A stretch of DNA of 55,783 bases from Nitrososphaeria archaeon. Its GTDB lineage: Archaea > Thermoproteota > Nitrososphaeria > Nitrososphaerales > Nitrosopumilaceae. Position numbers and translations under genes: made by a program. The notes beneath the pieces were generated by a model, which had not been told where the DNA came from, ran no database searches, and was given only the letters and a program-made list of their open reading frames with translations. Of the stretch, positions 37,618 through 46,735 are shown one piece after another; position 1 is the stretch's first letter, and each line of letters begins with the position of its first letter. The DNA is taken from NCBI GenBank assembly GCA_010028495.1, contig RHCX01000001.1, positions 1-55,783 of the forward strand, in the 5' to 3' direction.

Positions 37618-38631
37618 ATGGGGAGCATGAGGAAAGACTACGTTTCTGAAAGATTTGTAATTGTCTCCCAAAATGACGAAAAAGAAGATGGAAAAAAATG
37701 CTCATTTTGTCCTAGCAATGAATCCATGACAAATCCATCGTTACTGTCATTGGTTGCAAAAGACGGAATGCTGCAAAGACTACAGGACTCTGAAGATAAT
37801 TACGTTAAAGACTGGACGGTTCGTGTTTTTGAAAGCAAAAATCCCGCAGTAACAGTGACTGCAGAAAACTCGTACAGCGAGCGACCATTGTATTCAGAGC
37901 CGGCATACGGGTATCACTATATTGTTGTAGCATCAGAAAAGCACAAGGAATCGCTAGCTACCATACCTGTAGAGCAGTGGTCCAACATTTTGGTTGTAAT
38001 CCAAGACAGATTGCGATGGCTTTACACCCAGAGAGGAGTCACATATGTTTCAATTTACATTAATCACGGAAAAGAGGCGGGAAGCGTTACTGCACATCCG
38101 CACATCAACATGGTTACATTTTCCACAATACCACCACTAATAGAGGCAGAAGCCGAGTCATCACACAGAATCCTAAATGAAAAGGGAGCCTGCCCACTAT
38201 GCCAAACGGTAAACGCTGAGACTGGCGGACCGCGCCAAGTGCTCCAAACTGAAGGATTTTTGGCATTTTGCCCATGGGCACCATCACACCCATACGAATT
38301 CTGGATTTGTCCAAAAAAACATACAACGAGCTTTTCCAAGATAACTCAAAAGGAAATCAACGACTTGTCTTTGATCTTGCGCGCAACACTTGGTGGCCTG
38401 TCAAACTCGCTCAAAAATGTCTCGTATAATTTGGTGTTTCATCTATCACCAGAAAAGAAAAACAGCAGACAAATTCACTGGCACATCGAAGTATACCCTC
38501 TGACATCTGCATGGTCTGGCCTTGAGCGAGGATATGGAGTGTTTTTGAATTCAATTGCTCCGGAAAAGGCTGCAGAACAACTCGGAGCTGCATGCAGAAA
38601 AGAGCTTGCAGGCCTAGTCGGAATAATCTAA
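37618..38631 (+). CDS. galT: GalT-like nucleotidyltransferase (HIT superfamily)
   Basis: CSFCP.NE, NHG..AG.V.AHPH, CPLC, HWHIEVYP. Confidence 0.82.
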   Translation: MGSMRKDYVSERFVIVSQNDEKEDGKKCSFCPSNESMTNPSLLSLVAKDGMLQRLQDSEDNYVKDWTVRVFESKNPAVTVTAENSYSERPLYSEPAYGYHYIVVASEKHKESLATIPVEQWSNILVVIQDRLRWLYTQRGVTYVSIYINHGKEAGSVTAHPHINMVTFSTIPPLIEAEAESSHRILNEKGACPLCQTVNAETGGPRQVLQTEGFLAFCPWAPSHPYEFWICPKKHTTSFSKITQKEINDLSLILRATLGGLSNSLKNVSYNLVFHLSPEKKNSRQIHWHIEVYPLTSAWSGLERGYGVFLNSIAPEKAAEQLGAACRKELAGLVGII

Positions 38632-38664
38632 CCGTTTATTTATCTAAAATAATTTTTGTATACC

Positions 38665-39087
38665 ATGGCAGGAATTGAGAAATACGTAGCAATTGCAGCG
38701 CTTGGCTTGTTTGCAATGTTTGCAGGCGAAGTAAACGTGTTTTACAATTATTTGACAAGTCCAAACGTCGATACAGAGCCGGAGGCAAAACTCTTGATGT
38801 ACATCTCAATTGGTGCAGCACCTGGCGCCATAATGGCCGGAACTGCATTTGTAATGTCAAAAAGATATGGCTCTAAACAAATTGGTTCTATTGTTCTGGC
38901 ATCGGGAATTGTATTATTCGTTGGAATGATTATCGCAAATTCCGTTTTGCCTAGAATCGATACAAACTATCAAATCTATACAGTCAAAATAGTTCCACAA
39001 GTGTTCATGGGCGTTGCAGTGGCAGTAATGGCAGCTGGCGGATTTCTCTTTAGAACAAAAAAGCGACCAATCAAGGAATTTTTCTAG
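38665..39087 (+). CDS. Four-TM membrane protein
   Basis: Four hydrophobic segments. Confidence 0.78.
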   Translation: MAGIEKYVAIAALGLFAMFAGEVNVFYNYLTSPNVDTEPEAKLLMYISIGAAPGAIMAGTAFVMSKRYGSKQIGSIVLASGIVLFVGMIIANSVLPRIDTNYQIYTVKIVPQVFMGVAVAVMAAGGFLFRTKKRPIKEFF

Positions 39088-39518
39088 TGATCAAAACGCA
39101 TTTCATTTGAATGCATAGTAAAGCCAAGTTTCTCGTAAAATTCCTTTACTGAATCATCGCAATCCAGAATTGTCTTGTAGCAGCCTTGGTTTTTGGCATA
39201 TTCTAATACTGTTTTGATTATCTTTGCACCAGTTCCGCCTGACTGGAATTGCTTTGACACTACGACATCCTCGATATGGCCAACCTTGCCTCCATCATGG
39301 ATGAATTTTTGCTCAATTAGGAGTGTAGTTGAGCCAATGACTTTACCATCTTGTATTGCGACAAAAATAACATGATCTGGGTTTTTGCTTATCTTTTGTA
39401 GTATTTGTCTTGCCTTGTTTTTGTCAATGTTGCTTGCCAGCCTAAGAGAATCCAGAGATTCTAAAAATCCATTGTCAAGATCGGATTCTGTGATTTTGCG
39501 GACTATAATTTCAGACAT
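39084..39518 (-). CDS. Glucosamine-phosphate N-acetyltransferase (GNA1-like GNAT)
   Basis: IEQKFIH.GG.VGHIEDVVV, CYKTILDC, FYEKLGF. Confidence 0.87.
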   Translation of the reverse strand: MSEIIVRKITESDLDNGFLESLDSLRLASNIDKNKARQILQKISKNPDHVIFVAIQDGKVIGSTTLLIEQKFIHDGGKVGHIEDVVVSKQFQSGGTGAKIIKTVLEYAKNQGCYKTILDCDDSVKEFYEKLGFTMHSNEMRFDH

Positions 39519-40219
39519 TAAATCTTGCCAAGCTTTTCTCTGAATTCTTGGTATGCCTTTTTGTAGGATGCTTTGTCTCCAATGTCGATAAAACCATTTT
39601 TAATGATAAAGCTGCCAACGTCCTTCTTTTTGGTTAATGCCTTTTTGATTACATCATCCATTCCGTATGGTTTTCCCTGTGGAATGTATCCAAATATTCC
39701 GGGTTCCATGACATAGCACCCTATGTTGATGTTTGCCTGGATTTCCGGCTTTTCATTCCATGCAGTTACTTTTCCAGACTTGGTTGTCTCTATTACACCG
39801 TACTTGAGGTTGGTCTTGTATTGGTGAAGGCTCATTGTGACAAATGATTTTTTTGCCTTGTGCTGAGAAATCATTTTTTTCAAATCAAAATTAAAAACAG
39901 AATCTCCGTAAACACAAACAAAAGTATCATCGACAAACGACTCTGCAGTCTTTAGCTGACCGGCAGTTGCAAGTGGCTTGTCTGCAACTGCATATTCTAT
40001 TTTGACGCCCAATCTTGCTCCATCCTCAAAATAATCCTCAATTGTCTTTCTGAGGTAGCTTACACACAGGACGATCTCATCTACCTTGTTTTGTCTGAGC
40101 CACTCAATCAGGTGCTCTAGCAGTGGTTTTTCTCCGAGCGGAAGCATAGGTTTTGGCAAAAACGTGGTGTATGGCTGGAGTCTTGTTCCAAGACCGCCTG
40201 CTAGTATGACTGCCTTCAT
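39518..40219 (-). CDS. Sugar-phosphate nucleotidyltransferase
   Basis: AVILAGGLGTRL.P.T...PKPMLP, YGD, EKP, DIG. Confidence 0.92.
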   Translation of the reverse strand: MKAVILAGGLGTRLQPYTTFLPKPMLPLGEKPLLEHLIEWLRQNKVDEIVLCVSYLRKTIEDYFEDGARLGVKIEYAVADKPLATAGQLKTAESFVDDTFVCVYGDSVFNFDLKKMISQHKAKKSFVTMSLHQYKTNLKYGVIETTKSGKVTAWNEKPEIQANINIGCYVMEPGIFGYIPQGKPYGMDDVIKKALTKKKDVGSFIIKNGFIDIGDKASYKKAYQEFREKLGKI

Positions 40220-40276
40220 GAAATTACATCTAATTTTGGAGTATTTATGCTCAGTTACACAAAGATCTTTGCACCG

Positions 40277-41575
40277 TCAGAGAATTTTTGAGATTTTTTT
40301 TAACACGTCTTGGGGGGTTGTACCAAACACAATGATCATGGGCTCTTTGCCGTAATCACCGGTATGGTAAATGATGTCTGGCGCCGAGGCCGATTTTTTT
40401 ATCGCCTGACCGATTCCCCATGATATAGAAGAGTTTTCTTTGCTTTTGCTGGACTGTGGCTCTGATTTTCTGTCGTAGCTTACAATTTTGGCGCCACTTT
40501 TTGCAAATTTTCTGATAATGCCTTCATTGTATCGAATGTTCAGACCGGAGCGTACTTTTGGGAATTTTTTTTGCATCATCAAAACTGCAGTAGCAACATG
40601 CTGTGATCCGCCGTACTCCAAAGTCCCAGCAGTTATTGCGGATTTGCCGGCCCTGACAATTCTTCCTGATACTCCTACAATATCTCCAATTGACTTTGAT
40701 TTTTGTTTTGCAAAGACAAAGTTTGTTTGGCATTCTGGAATGTAAGAGCTGATCTGCTCTAGGTCCTCAAATTGTATTATTGCGTCTCCAAGCTCTGACT
40801 TTATCTTGTCTTGTTTTGGGTTTGTCATCTTTATTCCGCGGCCTAGCTTTTGAGCCGATAATATTGCGTCGTTTGTGAACTGTTTTGCAAATCTTGCAGA
40901 CTCAAAAATATCTTTTTTCTGTGCGATGGAAAACGCCAGTGCTATTGCAAAATTACACCCACTTCCGTGGTTTTGACTTGGAATTGGTTTGCCGTAAATG
41001 CTCTCTTGTTTTTTATTGTAATATACAAAATCACCAATCTTGTTTTTTGCAAACTTGTGTCCTGTTATGATGATGTTTTTTGCTCCAATCTTGGACAAAA
41101 CCTGAGCAGCTCTTACCAAGTCCTGAGATTTTCTTATCTTTATTCCCGAAAGGATCTCGGCTTCTGCCACGTTTGGAGTTATTGTATGTGATATTGGAAT
41201 TAGCAGTCTTTTGAGAGTAGAAATGGCATCTGCTTTTAGTAATATTCCATGAGTGGTGGACTTTATCACTGGATCCAACACAATTGGAATCTTGAGATCT
41301 TTGAGCCTAGAGTAGATTTTTTTTATTATTTCAGAATCATAAACCATTCCTATTGTTATGACATCAACTGGAAAATCTGATAATATCGAATCCATCTGTG
41401 CTAGAATGGACTTTGCAGAGACTGGCTCTGCACCAATAAACTTGGAAGAGTTTTGGGCAGTAATCGCAGTTATCGTAGTAAAACAGTTTGCGCCAAGCAC
41501 TTGTGCGGCCTTGATGTCTGACTGAATACCTGCACCAGACGATGGATCCGAGCCACCAATTGCCAAAATGTTCAT
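40277..41575 (-). CDS. thiDN: Bifunctional HMP/HMP-P kinase - thiamine-phosphate synthase ThiDN
   Basis: IGGSDPSSGAGIQSD, DPV, TPN..EA, HGSGC; C-terminal IPECQTN, GGS.HVA, GKEP. Confidence 0.92.
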   Translation of the reverse strand: MNILAIGGSDPSSGAGIQSDIKAAQVLGANCFTTITAITAQNSSKFIGAEPVSAKSILAQMDSILSDFPVDVITIGMVYDSEIIKKIYSRLKDLKIPIVLDPVIKSTTHGILLKADAISTLKRLLIPISHTITPNVAEAEILSGIKIRKSQDLVRAAQVLSKIGAKNIIITGHKFAKNKIGDFVYYNKKQESIYGKPIPSQNHGSGCNFAIALAFSIAQKKDIFESARFAKQFTNDAILSAQKLGRGIKMTNPKQDKIKSELGDAIIQFEDLEQISSYIPECQTNFVFAKQKSKSIGDIVGVSGRIVRAGKSAITAGTLEYGGSQHVATAVLMMQKKFPKVRSGLNIRYNEGIIRKFAKSGAKIVSYDRKSEPQSSKSKENSSISWGIGQAIKKSASAPDIIYHTGDYGKEPMIIVFGTTPQDVLKKISKIL

Positions 41576-41667
41576 GCAAATCGATACCAAACCACAGGTA
41601 ATAGTATTTGTGAATTATTGCGAATTCGCTCCTACTGTTTAAATCTAGAGTCACCATATTGGTATTC

Positions 41668-42996
41668 ATGGGAACCCAGATGGCATCTGCTCGTCGTGGA
41701 ATGATCACAGACGAGATGAAACAAGTTGCCAAGGATGAAGGAATCACAGTAGAATCTTTGCGCGCAAAAATCGCGACAGGCTCTGTAATAATTCCAGCAA
41801 ATAATGTACGACCGCAAAAGGTTCACCGAGTTGGAATAGGTAAAGGCCTCAAGACCAAAGTCAATGTCAATATTGGCACATCGACTCTCAAAGTTGATCT
41901 AAATGAAGAAATCGACAAGGCCAAAATTGCAGTAAAACATCACGCTGACACCATAATGGATCTCTCCGATGGTGGAGATGTTGGCTCTATTAGACGAGCG
42001 TTACTAGAAGCAGCCCCAATTACATTTGGCACGGTTCCAATTTACGAAGCATACAACCATGGAGTGGAAACGCACAAGAACCCATTGGACATAACAGAAG
42101 ATGATTTTCTAAATGCATTTGAGAACAATGCCAAGGACGGCGTTGATTACACCACAATTCATTCTGGTATTACAAAAGAGATAGCAAAGCGAATTCTCAA
42201 GGTCCAAAGATATGGTGGTGTTGTTAGCAAAGGCGGAACAATAACTGCTGCTTGGATGCTAAAATACGACAAGGAAAACCCGTACATTACTCATTATGAT
42301 TATCTGATGGAGATTGCCAAAAAATACGACGTAACGTTTAGCCTCGGTGATGCACTACGTCCTGGCTCGATTCTGGACTCACATGACGAACTCCAAGTGC
42401 AAGAAATGATCAACATTTCAAGACTGACAAAAGAGGCACACGAGCAAGACGTGCAGGTAATGGTCGAAGGTCCTGGACATGTTCCGCTAAATGAGGTTGC
42501 AGCAAATGTCAGACTGGCAAAATCGCTAATAGGTGACGTTCCGTATTATGTTCTGGGTCCGCTGGTTACCGACATTGCATCTGGATATGATCATATATCA
42601 AGCGCAATTGGGGCCGCAATCGCAGCAAGCGAGGGAGTTGATTTATTGTGTTATCTTACACCTGCAGAACACTTGGCATTACCCAATACCGAAGAGGTAA
42701 GGCAGGGCCTAATCGCATACAGAATTGCAGCTCATGCAGGTGATTTGGTAAAATTAAGAGAAAAGGCGATCATCTGGGATGCAAAGATGACTGAAGCACG
42801 CAGAACTTTGGACTGGGAAAAACAAATTGCGTTGTCAATTGATCCAGAAGAAGCAGCAAGAATCCACAATCGTACTGGTCAGCACACTGGAAATAATGTT
42901 CCATGTACAATGTGTGGAGGCGCGTGTGTGTATCTGATGTTGCCGCAGCAACGAAAGTACACCAAAGAAAATGAAAACCTACAGCAAGTTGAGTAG
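41668..42996 (+). CDS. thiC: Phosphomethylpyrimidine synthase ThiC
   Basis: KVNVNIGTS, MDLS, SLGDALRPG, EGPGHVP, CYLTPAEHL, CTMCG..C. Confidence 0.97.
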   Translation: MGTQMASARRGMITDEMKQVAKDEGITVESLRAKIATGSVIIPANNVRPQKVHRVGIGKGLKTKVNVNIGTSTLKVDLNEEIDKAKIAVKHHADTIMDLSDGGDVGSIRRALLEAAPITFGTVPIYEAYNHGVETHKNPLDITEDDFLNAFENNAKDGVDYTTIHSGITKEIAKRILKVQRYGGVVSKGGTITAAWMLKYDKENPYITHYDYLMEIAKKYDVTFSLGDALRPGSILDSHDELQVQEMINISRLTKEAHEQDVQVMVEGPGHVPLNEVAANVRLAKSLIGDVPYYVLGPLVTDIASGYDHISSAIGAAIAASEGVDLLCYLTPAEHLALPNTEEVRQGLIAYRIAAHAGDLVKLREKAIIWDAKMTEARRTLDWEKQIALSIDPEEAARIHNRTGQHTGNNVPCTMCGGACVYLMLPQQRKYTKENENLQQVE

Positions 42997-43383
42997 AACT
43001 TCGTCCAAGTTTGGTACAGTATCGTACTGGTTTATCTCGTCTGGCAAAATCCACCTGTAAGAAGAATTTTCCCAGTTCAGCAAAACATCTGTTTTTTCGG
43101 TCTTGAACAAAAATGGAAAGATGTGCCACTGGTGATCTGGGTATTGCGGAGATGACACTGTCATGTCCTTTCCTGCTTTGAGCAGCTGGATTGACTCGGA
43201 TTTTACGCCTATTTCCTCAAAGATCTCTACTTTTGCCCGATGTAGCGGCTCTTCATTTCCTTCTATGATTCCGCTTACTGCACCCCAAAGACCGCGCATG
43301 CTTTTGACTTTGTCGCTTCTTTTGAGTATGAGAATTTTGTCTTGGCTTGTTACAAAAGATGTTACTATTTTGGTGGAACGCAT
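42979..43383 (-). CDS. NUDIX hydrolase
   Basis: G.IE.NE....A..EI.EEIG Nudix box, LNWEN. Confidence 0.88.
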   Translation of the reverse strand: MRSTKIVTSFVTSQDKILILKRSDKVKSMRGLWGAVSGIIEGNEEPLHRAKVEIFEEIGVKSESIQLLKAGKDMTVSSPQYPDHQWHIFPFLFKTEKTDVLLNWENSSYRWILPDEINQYDTVPNLDEVLLNLL

Positions 43384-44237
43384 TACTTTTCGATTGCGTT
43401 AATCATCGAGTTTAGCTTCTTATACGATTCATCCAAGTTCGAGTTCTTTGCCAAGTTTTCCTGAACTGTTCGAATGTAGGTTGTTATCTCTTCAGACTTT
43501 CCTTCCTGGATTGCGGTAAGCAGTCTTCCAATGTCCTTCCAGAATTCCTCTGCGGCTCTTCTTATCTCTGGATTGGATATGATGGTCTCAATTAGTTCAG
43601 TTGATTCTGTCATTATGCTTTCTGAGAGAATCTTTTGAATCTTAAATGTCGTACCAGACATACGTTCGGTTAATAAAATCTTGTCGTCCTTGGATAAAAT
43701 ATTTGCAAATGCCAAATTCACCAGGTGAGTTAGGCCCAAAATGATTGCGATTTTTTTGTCGTGTTCTATTGCATCTATTGTGACAAAGTTTGCACCTTCA
43801 AAGAGTGATTTTACAAGAGCAAGCTCTTTTTTTGCATCCTTGATTGGGATTGCTATGATATTTTGTCCTTTGATCTTTTTTGCACCTGGGCCAAACATTG
43901 GATGAATGCAAACAGGGTTAATTTTGGTTGGAATTTTCAAAAGAGCTGCAGATGTCTTTGCCTTTTGCGATGATATCTCTATGAGAAATGATCCGCGTTT
44001 CATCTCCTTTGCAATTAATCGAATGATTTCGGGTGTGCGCCTTGTAGGGGTGCACAACAGCACCAAATCTGCATTGAGTACTGCGCCGACCAGCGAGCTT
44101 GCCTTTTTGACTGACTTGTCAGTTACTGGGGCTTCAGAGTCAAATCCGATGACATCATAGCCTATTGATGCAAAATACTTGGTAAACCACTGGCCCATCT
44201 TGCCGCCTGCGCCTAAAACTGTGATGCTTTTTTTCAT
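43383..44237 (-). CDS. tyrA: Prephenate/arogenate dehydrogenase
   Basis: GAGGKMG, ISSQK, HPMFGP, EHDK...LGLTH. Confidence 0.92.
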   Translation of the reverse strand: MKKSITVLGAGGKMGQWFTKYFASIGYDVIGFDSEAPVTDKSVKKASSLVGAVLNADLVLLCTPTRRTPEIIRLIAKEMKRGSFLIEISSQKAKTSAALLKIPTKINPVCIHPMFGPGAKKIKGQNIIAIPIKDAKKELALVKSLFEGANFVTIDAIEHDKKIAIILGLTHLVNLAFANILSKDDKILLTERMSGTTFKIQKILSESIMTESTELIETIISNPEIRRAAEEFWKDIGRLLTAIQEGKSEEITTYIRTVQENLAKNSNLDESYKKLNSMINAIEK

Positions 44238-45604
44238 CTATAATCCCTCAAAACCTCATCTAATATCATCATTCCTTCCTTTAGTTTGTTTTCGTCCTGG
44301 CAGGCTGAAATTCTGATGAATCCACGATAGTTGCCAAAGCCGTCTCCCGGAGCAACTGCCACACCATGATCTAGCAGCTTATTGGTAAACTCTAGTCCAT
44401 CAAATCCTGGCTTGTTTATTCTGGCAAACAGGTACATCGCGCCATCTGGTGCGTTGAACTCGAGGCCCATTTTTTTTGCAGATTCGACCAAAACATTGAT
44501 CTTTGATTTAATGCTCTTTGTGTTTGGCACAGTATCTGTTTCCAGTGCCTTGAGAGCTGCATACTGGATTGGTTCTGCAACATTTGTAATGCATAATGCT
44601 TGCAGCTTTACCATTTTGTCGATTATACTTTTGTCAGCTATTGTATAGCCAATTCGCAGTCCAGTCATTGCGTGAGATTTTGAAAATGATTGCGTTATGA
44701 TGGCCTTGGAGTAATTGCTTGCCAGGACAGACTTCCATTCGGAAAACGTATACTCGGAATAAATCTCGTCCGACAACACATACAGGTCGTGCTTTTTTGC
44801 CAGATCTATTATCTGATCCTGCAGTTTTTGAGGCAACACCTTGCCTGTCGGGTTGTTTGGATAATTCAAAACTAACATCTTTGTGTTGGAGTTTATCGTC
44901 TGCTCTATTTCAGAAATGGAAGGATCCCAATTGTTCTCAAGAGATGTGGATATTGTTCTAACCTTTACTCCAGCATGTATTGCACAGTCTCGGTATGCAG
45001 GCCATGCTGGCTCTATTACAATTATTTCGTCTCCTGGATTTAGCAACGTGGAGACTGCCAAAAATACTGAAAATCTTCCACCTGGTGATACCAGAATGTT
45101 TTCTGGTTTTACATCAGAGCCAAATTTTTTTGTACAATACTGAGCTAATGCTTCGCGCAGTTTTGGCATTCCAAGCGCAGGACCGTATCGCACCAAGCCC
45201 TTATCGTATGCTTCTGACAGGGCAGATTTTACAACTGGTGATGGCATAAAGTCCGGCTCGCCGACTTCCATGTGGATTATCTTTTTTCCTTGTTGCTCAA
45301 GTGCCTTTGCCTTGAGAAATATGGTCAGATGCGTCTGCTTTCCATCTGTTTGTACCTTGATGGACTCGTTTAGCAAAAAGTTGAGGAATTTTCTTCCAAT
45401 TGACTCGTCCAGTCCTATTTGCTTGCAGAGCTCAGTTACCTCTGAGCGCAACTGATCCTCTCTTTTTTCGTCAAATACTGATAAGCCATTATTTTTTTTG
45501 AGCTGCCCGATTTGTTTTGCTGCCTCGGTTCTTTCTTTGAGAAGCTTTAGCATTTGCAGTGTAATGTCGTCGATTTTAGCTCGAAGCTGGTCTATGTCTG
45601 TCAT
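44234..45604 (-). CDS. Chorismate mutase (AroQ) - class I/II aminotransferase fusion
   Basis: N-term LRAKID.I...LL.ER...IG.LK...D..RE; C-term GEPDF, NYPNNPTG, SDEIY, SFSKSHAMTGLRIGY. Confidence 0.9.
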   Translation of the reverse strand: MTDIDQLRAKIDDITLQMLKLLKERTEAAKQIGQLKKNNGLSVFDEKREDQLRSEVTELCKQIGLDESIGRKFLNFLLNESIKVQTDGKQTHLTIFLKAKALEQQGKKIIHMEVGEPDFMPSPVVKSALSEAYDKGLVRYGPALGMPKLREALAQYCTKKFGSDVKPENILVSPGGRFSVFLAVSTLLNPGDEIIVIEPAWPAYRDCAIHAGVKVRTISTSLENNWDPSISEIEQTINSNTKMLVLNYPNNPTGKVLPQKLQDQIIDLAKKHDLYVLSDEIYSEYTFSEWKSVLASNYSKAIITQSFSKSHAMTGLRIGYTIADKSIIDKMVKLQALCITNVAEPIQYAALKALETDTVPNTKSIKSKINVLVESAKKMGLEFNAPDGAMYLFARINKPGFDGLEFTNKLLDHGVAVAPGDGFGNYRGFIRISACQDENKLKEGMMILDEVLRDYR

Positions 45605-45607
45605 TTT

Positions 45608-46702
45608 TTATAATACTGGCTTGATGAATCCGCCCATCAAAGCATGGTCTGCCAAAACCAAAGAAACCCACGAGTCCACCACTGGAGGTGCTCTTGGCAC
45701 AACACACGGATCATGTCTTCCCTGTACTTGTAATGTTGCTGGCTTTTTTGTCTTGATGTCTATTGTTGATTGTTTTTTTGCTATTGATGATGCTGGCTTG
45801 AATGCTATTTTCATTGTAATTGGCATACCATTTGATAATCCACCCAAGATTCCACCAGAATTGTTTGTCTTGGTGGATATCTTGCCGTTCTTTGATGTAT
45901 ATGGGTCGTTGTTTTGTGAGCCAAACAGTTCCGATCCTGCAAAGCCCGAGCCAAACTCTACTCCCTTGACAGAAGGAATGGAATAGATTGCCTTCGCAAT
46001 GTCTGATTCTAGTGAGCTAAATACTGGCTCGCCAAGGCCTACTGGCACTCCCGTCGTGACTGATTCTATTATTCCACCTAGCGAGTCGCCATTCTTTCTT
46101 GCTGCAAGTATTGCAGAGCGCATTTTTTCTGCTGTTTTGGGACTGGGGCATCTTACCTCATTTTGGTAAATTGCGTTTTTCATTTTAGAATCAAATTTTT
46201 CAGTCATTGATATTTTGCCTATTTTGACAGTGTATGAGTTGGTCTCTATTCCGAGTGTTACTTTGAGTAGTTTTCTTGCAATTGCTCCACCCATTACATG
46301 AGTTGCCGTGAGTCTTCCTGAAAATCGTCCGCCACCTCTATAGTCATTGTACTGATTGTATTTTACCAAAGCCGGATAATCGGAATGACCTGGACGCATC
46401 TTTGTTACTAGTTGTTCATAATCGCGAGAATGCTGGTCTTTATTCCAAATTATCATTGCGATTGGAGCACCAGTAGTATGTCCTCTAAAAACTCCTGATA
46501 AAATCTCGACAACATCTCCTTCCTTTCTTTGCGTTGATACAAGCGACTGGCCTGGCTTTCTCTGGTCCAGCATTTTTTGAATGTCTTTTTCTTGTAATTC
46601 TAATCCTGCAGGGCAGCCATCAAGCACTGCGCCGATGCATCTTCCGTGACTTTCTCCAAAGCTAGTCAACACTAGTCTTTGACCAATCGAGCTGCCAGCC
46701 AT
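45608..46702 (-). CDS. aroC: Chorismate synthase
   Basis: FGESHG, RPGHSD, GGGRFSGR, GRHDPC. Confidence 0.97.
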   Translation of the reverse strand: MAGSSIGQRLVLTSFGESHGRCIGAVLDGCPAGLELQEKDIQKMLDQRKPGQSLVSTQRKEGDVVEILSGVFRGHTTGAPIAMIIWNKDQHSRDYEQLVTKMRPGHSDYPALVKYNQYNDYRGGGRFSGRLTATHVMGGAIARKLLKVTLGIETNSYTVKIGKISMTEKFDSKMKNAIYQNEVRCPSPKTAEKMRSAILAARKNGDSLGGIIESVTTGVPVGLGEPVFSSLESDIAKAIYSIPSVKGVEFGSGFAGSELFGSQNNDPYTSKNGKISTKTNNSGGILGGLSNGMPITMKIAFKPASSIAKKQSTIDIKTKKPATLQVQGRHDPCVVPRAPPVVDSWVSLVLADHALMGGFIKPVL

Positions 46703-46735
46703 CTCAAGTAAAAACCCGCATGCGATGCATATAAC

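Noticed and set aside
41576-41667. TPP riboswitch upstream of thiC
   Set aside because: Conserved GCTGAGA/CCTGA core absent and the leader is too short
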